The notes below the pieces were generated by a model. It was given only the letters and a program-made list of their open reading frames with translations. It did not search any database and was not told the origin of the DNA. This document shows, in pieces, positions 10,706 through 20,568 of a stretch of DNA of 60,615 nucleotides (the stretch's first letter is position 1; each line of letters opens with the position of its first letter). Position numbers and translations under genes: made by a program. This stretch comes from an uncultured virus (IMG/VR IMGVR_UViG_3300046314_000297) (taxonomy: Duplodnaviria; Heunggongvirae; Uroviricota; Caudoviricetes), in IMG/VR virus record IMGVR_UViG_3300046314_000297; one strand, given 5' to 3'.

Positions 10706-11164
10706 ATGATAAAAAGTAAGACTACGCATCGCGGCTCAGACTATGGTTCTGTTGATTTAGGTTCGCATCTACATTGGCCTACTGCAACAAAAACTATTGG
10801 CCCTAACTCTGTAGCTAGTGACGGATATGACCGTGCCGTTAATGAAGCCCTCTCTCACTTTGAGGGGGAGGGAGCTTTATTCACCGTTGTGCGTCGTGGA
10901 GATGGGCTGTATATTCTCAAGCCGCATGGTGAGGAAAGCAGGGTGTACGTTCGCCTATTCAAGAGCGATGTCGGATCTTCTGAGCTAGAGGCAGATGTCT
11001 TAGATCTAGAACCTAAAAACTATCCAGCAGTTGGCTGGTTCCAGGATGCTGCAGGAGAATTGTATTGTCACGAAGGTGAAGGCCACTGGCAGGGTATTGC
11101 ACTTGCGAGATGCAAGGAACTTAATAAGTTGGCAGCAAAAGGTGAATTGGAGTTTATTAGCTAA
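10706..11164 (+). CDS. Hypothetical protein, paralog of 11164-11586
   Basis: Leaderless ATG after TACGCT. C-terminal GWFQD..G.LY...G.G.W...LEF. Confidence 0.6.
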   Translation: MIKSKTTHRGSDYGSVDLGSHLHWPTATKTIGPNSVASDGYDRAVNEALSHFEGEGALFTVVRRGDGLYILKPHGEESRVYVRLFKSDVGSSELEADVLDLEPKNYPAVGWFQDAAGELYCHEGEGHWQGIALARCKELNKLAAKGELEFIS

Positions 11165-11586
11165 TGACAACTAAAGTATCTACTCGCCCTAAGAAGGCAT
11201 CTGCTGCTGTAAAGCTTTGGGCTAATGCCCTTGCAACTAAAGATAATGACATCATCCAGCTTCGTAAGAAGAACGGTATCCTTTACGTTATGAAAGTTAT
11301 TCCGCACAGGAGTGGTACATGGGAGAAGCTTGACCCTACTGATGTAGCTGTTGTTACTGATCAATACGGTGCAAAATTGGAAGATGTAAGTCTTGCTGAC
11401 CTACGTGAAGAGCTAGTTGCTCCTAAGGAGCCAAAGCCAATTCCAAGCATTCCGCTCGGCTGGTATCAGGATAACGGGGCAAACCTTTATAAGTATCTCG
11501 GTAAGGGTATCTGGGATGCTCCAATAGATATCTGGGAAAAGTTGCTTAATCTTGCAGAGTCTGATACATTAGAGTTCTTAGGTTAG
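11164..11586 (+). CDS. Hypothetical protein, paralog of 10706-11164
   Basis: TAATG coupling. C-terminal GWYQD.G..LY...G.G.W...LEF. Confidence 0.65.
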   Translation: MTTKVSTRPKKASAAVKLWANALATKDNDIIQLRKKNGILYVMKVIPHRSGTWEKLDPTDVAVVTDQYGAKLEDVSLADLREELVAPKEPKPIPSIPLGWYQDNGANLYKYLGKGIWDAPIDIWEKLLNLAESDTLEFLG

Positions 11587-11596
11587 GAGATAGCAA

Positions 11597-11782
11597 ATGG
11601 CTAAAGAACTAGTACAGATCGATATCGAGCGCGATGATGTTCATCGTCTATTATCTTACATGAAGACGGCTGAGATTGCCTATGGCAATGACCAGCAGTG
11701 GCTAGCAAGTAAGCATGCTGGTAGGCTACATACAGAACTACAAAAGCAAATCTTCTACTATGAAGGTAGTGATGAGGACTAA
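11597..11782 (+). CDS. Hypothetical protein
   Basis: AGGAGA RBS. Confidence 0.6.
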   Translation: MAKELVQIDIERDDVHRLLSYMKTAEIAYGNDQQWLASKHAGRLHTELQKQIFYYEGSDED

Positions 11783-12051
11783 TGAGTTACGCAAGGTTTA
11801 GCGCAGAGAGCGACGTATATGTCTACCACCACTACATGGGGTGGATTGAATGTTGCGCCTGCAACATAACCCCTGTAGAGCAGGGGGAGAACGTGGGATT
11901 CTTTAGGGCATACACTGCTCGAGAAATCCTGGATCACTTGGGGATGCACTCCATGATTGGAGAGTCAATTCCGGAGCGTTGCTTCGCCCGCATTCGTGAA
12001 GAGTACCCTGACTTGGATGCCCCTATTGAAGAATATAAGCAGGAGAAGTAA
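11782..12051 (+). CDS. Hypothetical protein with ECCAC motif
   Basis: MSYARF..SDVYVY....IECCAC. TAATG coupling at both ends. Confidence 0.65.
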   Translation: MSYARFSAESDVYVYHHYMGWIECCACNITPVEQGENVGFFRAYTAREILDHLGMHSMIGESIPERCFARIREEYPDLDAPIEEYKQEK

Positions 12052-12536
12052 TGGGTAACGTATTTATTACCAGTGATACTCACTTTGGGCATGCAAACAT
12101 TATTAAGTATGCAAACCGCCCTTTTGATTCTGTAGAAGAGATGAACGAGGCTCTAGTAGAGAACTGGAACTCGGTTGTGAAGCAGGGAGATAAGGTCTAC
12201 CACCTTGGTGATGTAACTATGAACTCTAAAGCACTAGACATCATGACTCGTCTTAACGGGCGTAAGTGCCTTATCAAAGGCAACCACGATACCCAAAGGT
12301 TGAAGTTCTACACTCCGCACTTTTATGATATTCGTGGCTCTCATGAATTGGGCAACTTTATCCTGACCCATATTCCCGTAGCCATTGAGCAGAAGTTGCG
12401 TTATCCAAGCGGAAACATTCATGGACACCTACACGAACAGAACATGAATGACCCTTGGTATCTAAATGTAAGTGTGGAGCAAACTAACTATACCCCGATA
12501 GCGTTTGACGCAATAACAAAGGAGAGAAGTAAATGA
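12051..12536 (+). CDS. Calcineurin-like metallophosphoesterase
   Basis: SDTHFGH, HLGD, GNHD, THIP, HGHLH. Confidence 0.92.
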   Translation: MGNVFITSDTHFGHANIIKYANRPFDSVEEMNEALVENWNSVVKQGDKVYHLGDVTMNSKALDIMTRLNGRKCLIKGNHDTQRLKFYTPHFYDIRGSHELGNFILTHIPVAIEQKLRYPSGNIHGHLHEQNMNDPWYLNVSVEQTNYTPIAFDAITKERSK

Positions 12537-13584
12537 GTAAAGAATCTGTCAATATGACCTATCGCTTATCGGATGGCACAGAAACTACCTATTCTGTAGA
12601 ACTTCAACCTGAAAGCGATTACAACTTGATGGATAAGAAGTTTTATCAGGCAGGTGTGCAAGCCGAGCAAGAACGTATTCTTAAGTTGCTAGAGAAGATT
12701 CTTGTAGGGCAGCGCAACGGTCTCGCTTATTGCTACGAATGTGATGGCTGGGATGAACTATATCCAGATGTTGTCGCTCTTATCAAAGGAGAGAAGTAAA
12801 TGAGAATGTTTTGGTTTTTTACCAATAAAGCATGGCTTGAGGGCTTCCTGAAGGGGGAGGCTTTTGGGGCTTATGATGAGCGACAGCGCATTATCAAGTT
12901 GCTCTCGGAGAATCAATGCGTATGTGGTTGTGAGCAGTCCAATCGAGCAGGAGACATCGCTCTTATCAAAGGAGAGAATAAGTGAGCAAGGAAGAGAATA
13001 CTGAACACCTGATTAACTCATTAACTTGGTTAGGTAAAAGCATTAGCGAACCGTTACCACCTTTTCCTAAGCCAAAGTGGTATGACAGCGTTGCAAAATG
13101 GGAGTTACACTTACTTGCCTGGAAGAAGGGAGTTATCAGTGAGCGTGAGCGCATTATAAAACTGCTAGAGCCACTTGGTTGCGAGGCTAATGGTGTTGAG
13201 CATGATTGCCAAAATGGGCTGGGTTACACAACCGCAGCCGACCTTATCGCTCTTATCAAAGGAGAGAAGTAAATTAGTAAACCAATCGTATGCACTAGAC
13301 CAGGGTGTAGCAGTACTGAGTTTGAAAACAAGATGTTTTTCTGGGTTTGTAAGAAGTGTCGTATTGCTATTAGTAAAGGATAAGTAATGGCTAAGAAGCT
13401 GACAACAATCGTGCTAGATGAGCTGACTGAGGCTCAGCAGGTTGCTATTGATATTGTTATGGGCGAGGGCGCTTTGCGTGAGCAAGAGCGTATTCTTGCA
13501 CTGCTAGAGGATGAACGTAGCAACTGTAAGTGTGAGGAACCTTTGCAGCACTTGGGGCTCCGAATTAGAAAAGACTCGGAGTAG
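12533..13584 (+). CDS. Four tandem paralogous small ORFs (12533-12799, 12800-12985, 12982-13272, 13387-13584)
   Basis: All share an E[QR][EQ]RI[IL].LL motif, three end in ALIKGE, and each has a Cys pair. Confidence 0.7.
12774..13268 (+). repeat. 22-bp direct repeat TCGCTCTTATCAAAGGAGAGAA at 12774, 12957 and 13247, with a partial copy at 12517
   Basis: Read directly. It encodes ALIKGE and contains the next gene's RBS. Confidence 0.9.
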
Positions 13585-13845
13585 CTTGTGAATTGTCCAA
13601 ATTGTAGTACAGTTGTTTTAGTGAAGCAGCCCACCGGGCTGTGGACTTGTAGTTCATGTCTATCAAGTTGGATTGGGATTAAGGAAGAATCAAATGCTAG
13701 ATAACCGAGGAATGCTAGAAGCACTAGAAGGTAGCAGGGATGTGTTTGCGCTACTTGCTGGTATGAAGAAGCAGGCAATGGACGCTGGATTCAGTGAAGA
13801 GATTGCTGAGCAAATTGTTCTTGAGATGTTGAAGAAGCAAAGCGC

Positions 13846-14259
13846 ATGAGCTCGCTAGTTAGTCAAGGGGATCTTGACAAGATTAATAAAATTACTCGTC
13901 TTCATGACGAAGCCTTCTGGCATCTACATGAGTTCGATAGTCATGCTAAAAGCAGTGATGGGCGTGTATCTATAAGTCTAAATATGGGTACGGTATGGGA
14001 CCGAGAAAATGGTAACACCTATCCTCGTATTGAAGTGTCTATATATTCTTACGTTGTAGCAACTGAGGGTGGGCGTACTCATGAGTTTGAATCTATTGAT
14101 GAGGCCTTAGCTGCTGTAACTGAATGGCACTCAAAGGCGCTGGCGTACAACCCTACCCCTGAAGAGATTGCAGAAGTAGATGCTTTTGCGATTGAGATGT
14201 GGGATGCTATTAAAGATAGAGTTATTGTTATAGATGCTAGTAAGAAAGACGGAGAATAA
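13846..14259 (+). CDS. Hypothetical protein
   Basis: 137-aa ORF in the operon. Confidence 0.6.
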   Translation: MSSLVSQGDLDKINKITRLHDEAFWHLHEFDSHAKSSDGRVSISLNMGTVWDRENGNTYPRIEVSIYSYVVATEGGRTHEFESIDEALAAVTEWHSKALAYNPTPEEIAEVDAFAIEMWDAIKDRVIVIDASKKDGE

Positions 14260-14260
14260 A

Positions 14261-14545
14261 ATGGATGAGATCGAAAGCGCAGATGTGACTTTGTTTGAAG
14301 ACAAGGCAGCTATCTTGGCTGACCTTTGGCTCAACTATCGGGAAGACGAGAACTTCACAGAGTTCATTGCGTACAATGACTTAGGCCTACCTTTGGCATA
14401 CGCAATCGCAAATGGGATTGTAGAGAGCACCGAAATGGCAGCTCGATTTGTTGAAGAGACTTTTGAGTTACTAGTAGATGGTCTAGATATCGAGGACACT
14501 GGGTTCGAGACTTTGGACGACATGCTTGAGGCTGTAGACATTTAA
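14261..14545 (+). CDS. Acidic hypothetical phage protein
   Basis: GGAG RBS before ATG 14261. Motif K..ILADLW..Y...F..YNDLGLPLAY. Confidence 0.65.
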   Translation: MDEIESADVTLFEDKAAILADLWLNYREDENFTEFIAYNDLGLPLAYAIANGIVESTEMAARFVEETFELLVDGLDIEDTGFETLDDMLEAVDI

Positions 14546-14904
14546 TGGCTGGTGTTAGTAAGTTCGGCTGGTGTATAACTGGCCATCATGACATATGCAT
14601 TGTCGAATTTACTGGGCATAGATGTGGCTGCACCTGCCATGGTGGCGTTGAAGAGCCTGTCGTAGAAGAAAATACGTAGTGTAGCATAGTTTGCTAAAGT
14701 AAAATCAAGAAAAATAGAGGGGGCTATTGTGCTGTATTTGGAATGTAGCATAGTTTAGGTCTAATTACATTACCGTCCAGTGCCTCCCGTTGTAGTCTAT
14801 TGTGCTCTATTGCTGTCCGTTGATGTCTATTGATGTTTATTTGTGTATTGAAATGCTTGTTTGGTAGTACACTAGTAGAAATAGTTCAAACGGAAGAGAT
14901 CCTA

Positions 14905-15174
14905 ATGCGCGAGAGCCAGATTCGTAAGATCCAAAAGCAGCGACACATGAGCGACATTATGGTCATGATTCTAAGTAATGGAATTTTTAAGAATCTGAAT
15001 GAGCGTGACCGTAAGAAGCTGGCAGAATTAATCTACAAGGCCGAGATTGTCGAGATGCATATGCGCGACAAGAGCCTAACCCGCGTAAACGAATCGTTCC
15101 AAGACATTGTTCAGGCGCTCATGGCAATGGATTTGGATGATGACGAAGACGACGAGTTTGACGATAAGCTTTAA
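14905..15174 (+). CDS. Hypothetical protein
   Basis: ATG 14905 preferred over TTG 14830. Acidic tail. Confidence 0.5.
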   Translation: MRESQIRKIQKQRHMSDIMVMILSNGIFKNLNERDRKKLAELIYKAEIVEMHMRDKSLTRVNESFQDIVQALMAMDLDDDEDDEFDDKL

Positions 15175-15247
15175 AAATCCCCGCAACATGTACTAGAATG
15201 AAAGCGCATTGAAAAATGTTTTCCTTTCGTAGGGTTGTTGGGTAAAA

Positions 15248-15283
15248 GAAAGCCCCCGGTGTTTAGCCGGGGGTTTTCCTTTT
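15248..15283. terminator. Probable bidirectional terminator between convergent blocks
   Basis: GAAAGCCCCCGG...CCGGGGGTTTTC with A and T tracts on either side. Confidence 0.75.
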
Positions 15284-15301
15284 GACATGGAAGGGTTAGG
15301 G

Positions 15302-16135
15302 TTACGGAAGCTCGATGATCTTGGTCCAGGTGAGCTTACCGAAGACGCCATCAGCCACAAACTTGTTCTTCTTCTGAAGAGCAACTACAGCCTTAACTGT
15401 CTTAGGGTCGTAGACGCCAGTAACGGTTAGCTTCAACTTACGCTGTACATATGAAACGTAGCGGTTCTTAGCTCCAGGAGCTAGCTTCGGGTACTTAGCT
15501 AGGTCTAGGTTCATCTCGCGAGATAGCTCATCTAGGTAGTCAATAACTGGTGCAGCAGCAACTGGTGTTTCGGCAACTGGTGCAGCAGCCTTTGCGGCAG
15601 CTGGTGCGGCAGCGGTAGCAACAGCCGGGGTAGCCGGGGCAGCAGCTGGAGCTGGCTTTGAGTGTGCATCGATCCACTTGAATGGGTCCATAAGCTGGCT
15701 ACGGTCTGCAAGGTGGCAGTTCTTTACGCGGCCCATGGCAACATGAAGATGGGCACCGGTGCTCGCAGAACCGCTCGGGGTCTTCTTACCGCCACCAACT
15801 TTACCTACAACCTGACCCATCTTGACTACTTCTCCGACATCAACGGCGGCAGTCTTTGGTGCGACGTGCGAGTACTGTGTATAGACGCCATCTGCTGCTA
15901 GTACTTCTACAACCCAGCCTAGAACGTTAGACCAGAAAACCTGGGTGACTTTACCGTCGCAGAATGCTTTGATAGGGCTGAGTTCCTTTGGAGCCCAGTC
16001 GCCTCCGCGGTGTGGACGGCCATTACGATATGGTGCTAGATTGCCAAATTCATCGCCACGCAGTTTCTTACCGAAGAAGTCGGTGTACTGTACGTAAGGC
16101 TTTGGCTTTGCTGGTGCTTTAGGTGCTGCAGCCAT
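15302..16135 (-). CDS. Endolysin: M23 peptidase plus C-terminal peptidoglycan-binding domain
   Basis: HRGGD, YSH, STGAHLH, an Ala/Pro linker, then V...Q..L..TG.Y...T..AV..LQ....ADG.FG..TW. Confidence 0.88.
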   Translation of the reverse strand: MAAAPKAPAKPKPYVQYTDFFGKKLRGDEFGNLAPYRNGRPHRGGDWAPKELSPIKAFCDGKVTQVFWSNVLGWVVEVLAADGVYTQYSHVAPKTAAVDVGEVVKMGQVVGKVGGGKKTPSGSASTGAHLHVAMGRVKNCHLADRSQLMDPFKWIDAHSKPAPAAAPATPAVATAAAPAAAKAAAPVAETPVAAAPVIDYLDELSREMNLDLAKYPKLAPGAKNRYVSYVQRKLKLTVTGVYDPKTVKAVVALQKKNKFVADGVFGKLTWTKIIELP

Positions 16136-16176
16136 GGTCTCTCCTTGTTATTTGTTTGTTGGAAGTTATATTAATT

Positions 16177-16625
16177 TTACCGCTGAGCCCATTCGCTGAG
16201 TTTAGCGAGGGCGTAGTCCTTACGGCGACGTTCCATATATGCTTGCTGGAACCGCTGAGTCTCTGTGAGACGTCGCGCGTAGTCGACTGGTCTTGGGTAT
16301 GGGTTTGCTACTGTGCGTAGCGGTCTTGCTCGGTAATACACTCCGGCAGCTTCATAAGCTTCCTTGCGTAGTTCCTTACTGTTTAGCTCCATATAGAACC
16401 TGAGATACATGAAGAATCTTTTCATGAGCCAATTTTACCAGGGTGCTTATGTAGGTAGTCGTGAACTGCTTTGTGAAAGATGTCGCGCTCTACTGACCAC
16501 TCAAGTTTGTCACCGTTCTCTATCTGAGCACGGTAAATCATCATGTAAGCGTATTGCCTCACGTCAGGAGTGATGTCGTGTGTTAGGCGACATTCTTCGG
16601 TTGGTTCGTTATTACTCGTTGTCAT
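16177..16625 (-). CDS. Two small coupled hypothetical ORFs (16422-16625 and 16177-16425)
   Basis: ATGA overlap within the minus-strand operon. Confidence 0.55.
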
Positions 16626-16806
16626 CTTCTGGCTTCTCGTAACGAAGTGGGAAAGTGATTACCCAGATCGCAAGTACTACGAGAATAAGGTTTCCGGTCA
16701 GTTCTTTAGCTGAGCCTTCGAGTACGAGCCATGCAACGACCATTCCTAAGAGGGTCCAAGCCTGGTCGATGATGTCTTTGAAAAGTGATACTAGGAAGTT
16801 CTTCAT
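16612..16806 (-). CDS. Small two-TM membrane protein, holin candidate
   Basis: Two hydrophobic helices. Upstream of the endolysin in the same block. Confidence 0.55.
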   Translation of the reverse strand: MKNFLVSLFKDIIDQAWTLLGMVVAWLVLEGSAKELTGNLILVVLAIWVITFPLRYEKPEDDNE

Positions 16807-16808
16807 TG

Positions 16809-18671
16809 CTATTTATTCTTTCTACTTGAGTTGGTTGATTCTTTACGTGATCCGCCAGAAGCTCCTCCGCCTCCACCGGAACTTGCGGCTGCTGATGATG
16901 CTGCACCTGCGGCACCTGCAGCGGCAGCAATAGCTGCGTTACCAGCAACAACGGCTGCAACAACTGTCTCTTCTGCTGTTTTACGAGTCTCTGGAGACAT
17001 GTCAGCGCCTGCGTTACCAAGGAAGTTAATCGCGTCAACAAGGGCTTCAGCGCCTGGGATGGCTGCAAGTTCTGGGCTTAGAACAATGTCATCCGCTGCT
17101 GCTGCAACGTAGAGTGCGTCAAGGGCTTGCTCGTATTCTGCTGAACCCTTCTCTGCTGTCTCGAATGTTTGAAGTGCAGCTTCCTTCAAGGCCTCTGCTT
17201 GCTGTGGAGTTAGGTCAGTGGCAACAATCTCGGTAAGGTCGATCTTCGTTAGAAGTTCGGCGCTGATGATTTCTGGAAGCTGTTCGGCAGAAGTAATCTC
17301 TTCTTCTTTTACAACTGGCGGTTCAGGCTCTACTGGTGTAGGCTCTGGAGCAGGTTCAGGTATAACAACAGGAGGTTCAGGTGTCGGTTCAACAACAGGT
17401 GGTTCAGGTACTACTACTGGCGGTTCTGGTTCCGCTGGTACCGTTGGTTCTGGTGTTGGCTCTACTGGTGGCTGTGGAGTGGGAGTCGGTTCTGGTGTTG
17501 GCTCTGGTTGCGGTTCTGGCGACGGACTTGGTGCTAAAGGCAAAGTTGGCTCTGGCTGTGGAGTCGGAGTAGGGGTAGGGTCAACTACTGGGTCTAGTGT
17601 TGGAGTAGGGGTTGGCTCCGGGATTACGATTGGCGGGATCACGGGTGTTGGCTCTGGAGTTGGGATTGGTTCATAGTTGACTACAAAGATGAGAACCTTA
17701 ACTGTGCCACCTGCTGGGTCTCCATATCGATTGTCTGAGTCAATCGTGACGGAGGTCTGTCCGCTGGCTAGCTGAGTTAGTTGTGATGAAACTTCGATGC
17801 CACGTGAACCGTCAGCCGGGTCACCGTACCAAGCAGTGACGCTTACAATCCTCTGTCCTGCTGGAGCAATGACTTCAATAGATGAACCCTCTCCTAGTAA
17901 GGTAGCTCCCTCTGGAATGAATGGCGTTGGAGTAGTAGGCTGAGGGGTCGGCTCTGGAGTTACAACTGGTTCTGGGGTAGGTTCAACGGTTGGTTGAGGA
18001 GTCGGCTCTGGCGTTGGGGTTTGTATAGGGGTTGGTTCTGGGGTAGGTGTGACTGGCTCTGGAGTTAGTACTGGCGGAGTCTCGACCTGAACAACGCCAT
18101 ACTCTTCAAGCGTGGCAATCTGGCCGTTAGTTAGTCGAACTCCAGTACGAGTCTGACCTTCGTAGGTTGGACCTGTTAGGGAGTATGAGATGGCTACTGT
18201 TCCGTCAATGTTGATGGCGGCAACAATATTAATGTTCGTTGGTTCTGTAGCATTCTGTAGCCAAATCGGACGAGCCGAGATGTCTACCTGAAAACCTCCG
18301 TCAGATGCGCGAATGATTAGGTGCTCGTCTGAGCGCTGGTTAGGGTAGACAACCCAGTCCATGGAGTATAGGGAGATAGATGGTGTCTGTGGATAGGTCC
18401 AGTAGGTTCCATCTGGCTTTCCGAATGTGATGACTGAGTTCGTTGTAGCGTAGACGTTGCTGTACTGCACTCCGTCAAAGGTAACAGTGGTTGTCAGTGG
18501 TATCTGGTAGGACGAGTCATCGCCACCGGGGGTAGTAACTACAACAACTACCGGCTCTGCAGGTGCTGGCTCTTCAGCCATCGCTGAGGTTGCAACCGCT
18601 ATAGGTGCGAATGCTAGAAATGCTGCTAGGTATAGTCTTATAGACTTACGCGCTAGTTTGGTGTTGAACAA
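16809..18671 (-). CDS. Secreted or surface Pro/Thr/Glu-rich protein with signal peptide
   Basis: Basic then hydrophobic N-terminus with an AMA cleavage site, PEPT repeats, an internal domain resembling a SUEL-type lectin (AWYG...YGDPAGGTVKVL), and an Ala/Gly C-terminal segment. Confidence 0.75.
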   Translation of the reverse strand: MFNTKLARKSIRLYLAAFLAFAPIAVATSAMAEEPAPAEPVVVVVTTPGGDDSSYQIPLTTTVTFDGVQYSNVYATTNSVITFGKPDGTYWTYPQTPSISLYSMDWVVYPNQRSDEHLIIRASDGGFQVDISARPIWLQNATEPTNINIVAAINIDGTVAISYSLTGPTYEGQTRTGVRLTNGQIATLEEYGVVQVETPPVLTPEPVTPTPEPTPIQTPTPEPTPQPTVEPTPEPVVTPEPTPQPTTPTPFIPEGATLLGEGSSIEVIAPAGQRIVSVTAWYGDPADGSRGIEVSSQLTQLASGQTSVTIDSDNRYGDPAGGTVKVLIFVVNYEPIPTPEPTPVIPPIVIPEPTPTPTLDPVVDPTPTPTPQPEPTLPLAPSPSPEPQPEPTPEPTPTPQPPVEPTPEPTVPAEPEPPVVVPEPPVVEPTPEPPVVIPEPAPEPTPVEPEPPVVKEEEITSAEQLPEIISAELLTKIDLTEIVATDLTPQQAEALKEAALQTFETAEKGSAEYEQALDALYVAAAADDIVLSPELAAIPGAEALVDAINFLGNAGADMSPETRKTAEETVVAAVVAGNAAIAAAAGAAGAASSAAASSGGGGGASGGSRKESTNSSRKNK

Positions 18672-18784
18672 ATGAGGCTCCCGTAGGTAGACCTCTCCCT
18701 CTACTATTTTACCATTTGCCTGTTGAGTTGTTAGGGTGCTAGGGTGTAGAGTGTAGGGTATAAACCCTTAAAAGGAGATGCGAA

Positions 18785-18928
18785 ATGGTAGTTTCATTTG
18801 TAATTGACTGGACGTCAGTCTGGATTGGCGCTGCTGTAACAGTGGCCCTAGAGTTCGTAGCGTTGGTTATTGTGGCTTCGGTTACTTACCGTAAGCAGAA
18901 GCGTTCTAGTAAGCGCCGTGTGCTGTAG
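18785..18928 (+). CDS. Small single-TM protein, 47 aa
   Basis: AAGGAG RBS, a hydrophobic stretch then a basic tail, followed by a terminator. Confidence 0.55.
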   Translation: MVVSFVIDWTSVWIGAAVTVALEFVALVIVASVTYRKQKRSSKRRVL

Positions 18929-18947
18929 TTTGACTTAGCTAGCCCTT

Positions 18948-18978
18948 AAACCCTCTTGCCTTCGGCAAGGGGGTTTTT
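18948..18978. terminator. Intrinsic terminator between convergent genes
   Basis: AAACCCTCTTGCC-TTC-GGCAAGGGGGTTTTT. Confidence 0.8.
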
Positions 18979-18979
18979 G

Positions 18980-19243
18980 CTACTCGTCTTCGTACTCTTC
19001 TTCTTCTTCTTCATGATCTTTCCCCCACGCCATTCGTCTTACGGTGTGGAGAAGGTCTACTACTTCAATGGTGAGAGCCTCTGTAGCTAGAAGAAGGTCT
19101 GCTTTGTGCTCTGGGTCTTCTGGGGAGTCTAGTTCGTAGTGCGTCTCTTGGACTGCGTACTGGCATAGGGTGAGCCTGTGGAGAGCGCGTTCTAGTGGAC
19201 TGCGTGGGTCTGGTGTCGAAACCTCGTACGGCTCTAGCGTCAT
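18980..19243 (-). CDS. Hypothetical acidic protein
   Basis: Leaderless ATG 6 nt after TACAAT on the minus strand. Confidence 0.6.
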   Translation of the reverse strand: MTLEPYEVSTPDPRSPLERALHRLTLCQYAVQETHYELDSPEDPEHKADLLLATEALTIEVVDLLHTVRRMAWGKDHEEEEEEYEDE

Positions 19244-19261
19244 GAAACTATTGTAAAACAA

Positions 19262-19810
19262 AACTAAACAATCGTAAGGAGCTGGGATATGTAAAGCAAC
19301 TTCGAATGAAGGTTCGTTGGAAGTTAAGTGGAAAAGTGGATAGTTTTTAAAAACTTTTTAAAATGAAAAAAAAGTAGAGGGCCCTATTTTAAAGGGATTC
19401 CGGGGAGGGAAGTATAGCATAGGGAAAGGGGGAACTTAGCAGGGTTTGAAGTGGAGATGCAAAAAGGTATTAGCAAGAAAATCTTGGCGGTTATTGTTTT
19501 TATTTGCTAATAGATGGGAAAGTATTAGCAAGAAAAAAGAAAAGTTAAGTGGAAAAATCTGCTAATACCGACGTCTTAAACGTATTAAATTAATTAACTA
19601 GCTGTTTTAGTAGTACGCGCGTAGTAATTCTTTCCGGGGGTAGTAGTAAAAACAGCCAGTTCATTGAAATAATTTGTTTAAGTAGTGATTTAAGTTCTAA
19701 TTAACTTGAAAATAAGATAGAATAAGAGTTGAAACAGAGATAAACTGTGCAGAACAGCAGGATAAGAAAACTGTGTATTTGACATTTGATTTGTCAAGTT
19801 TGCATTTAGG
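19262..19810. other. AT-rich non-coding region with direct and inverted repeats
   Basis: GTATTAGCAAGAAAA twice, AAGTTAAGTGGAAAA twice, and inverted TGCTAATA copies. Confidence 0.6.
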
Positions 19811-19812
19811 AG

Positions 19813-20295
19813 TTGGAAATGGAAGTTGGAATGGGACTGGTTGGAAAGAATGGGTCGGAAGATCCTTTTGCTTTCTTTGACTTCACGGAGACGGAAGTTG
19901 AAGAAGAGATGGAACGAGTGACGGCTGCAGCAAAAGCACGCGGAACTGTTTGTATGTGTGGACATCCTTCAGGGCGTCATACAGAAGAGGTTGGCGTATA
20001 CAGTTGCTCGGCTGGTAAGTACACTTGCCCGTGTAAGAAGTTGAAGCCGGTTATAGAAGTTGATAACGCAAGAATCTTCCTACGTAAGACTACGGGACCT
20101 GGAACTCAGCATGCCTTGGCTCAAGGAATGTTGAGTGCAATAAAGGCTGGTCAGGAAATCTCGTGGCTTATCGAACAGAAGTGCGACAAGTGTGATGTCC
20201 CTGGGGCAGTAGCACCATGTCCTGTAAATCAACGTGGAGTAGTTATGGATGAGGCAACTGGGTATGACGTGTTGCTTTGCCGTGATTGCCGTTAG
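19813..20295 (+). CDS. Cys-rich, probably Zn-binding protein
   Basis: CMCGH...H, C...CPC, CDKC, CRDC. Confidence 0.7.
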   Translation: MEMEVGMGLVGKNGSEDPFAFFDFTETEVEEEMERVTAAAKARGTVCMCGHPSGRHTEEVGVYSCSAGKYTCPCKKLKPVIEVDNARIFLRKTTGPGTQHALAQGMLSAIKAGQEISWLIEQKCDKCDVPGAVAPCPVNQRGVVMDEATGYDVLLCRDCR

Positions 20296-20316
20296 TTAGT
20301 TAGTTAGGAGTTAGAA

Positions 20317-20568
20317 ATGTTTAAGAATGAAGCAGCACGAAAGATCGAAGAGCATATTGCATTGCTTGTTGACTACGATGTTCTGGACGCAAGGGTGGCG
20401 GATACGCTCACTGAGTATGTCTGGAAGATTATTGGCGAAGTAGATGAAGTCGTCAATGTTGACAAGGATGAGGAACAGGCTATAAGCTTGGCTGGTTGGG
20501 AATGGATTTTAAAGAACTACAACAACCAAAATGAAAACGAAGATGGAGAGAACAATGGGAATCTTTAA
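20317..20568 (+). CDS. Hypothetical protein
   Basis: AGGAG RBS. Confidence 0.6.
   Translation: MFKNEAARKIEEHIALLVDYDVLDARVADTLTEYVWKIIGEVDEVVNVDKDEEQAISLAGWEWILKNYNNQNENEDGENNGNL

Noticed and set aside
16831..17676. Gly/Ser- and Ala-rich + strand ORFs
   Set aside because: They are antisense shadows of the Pro-rich minus-strand gene.
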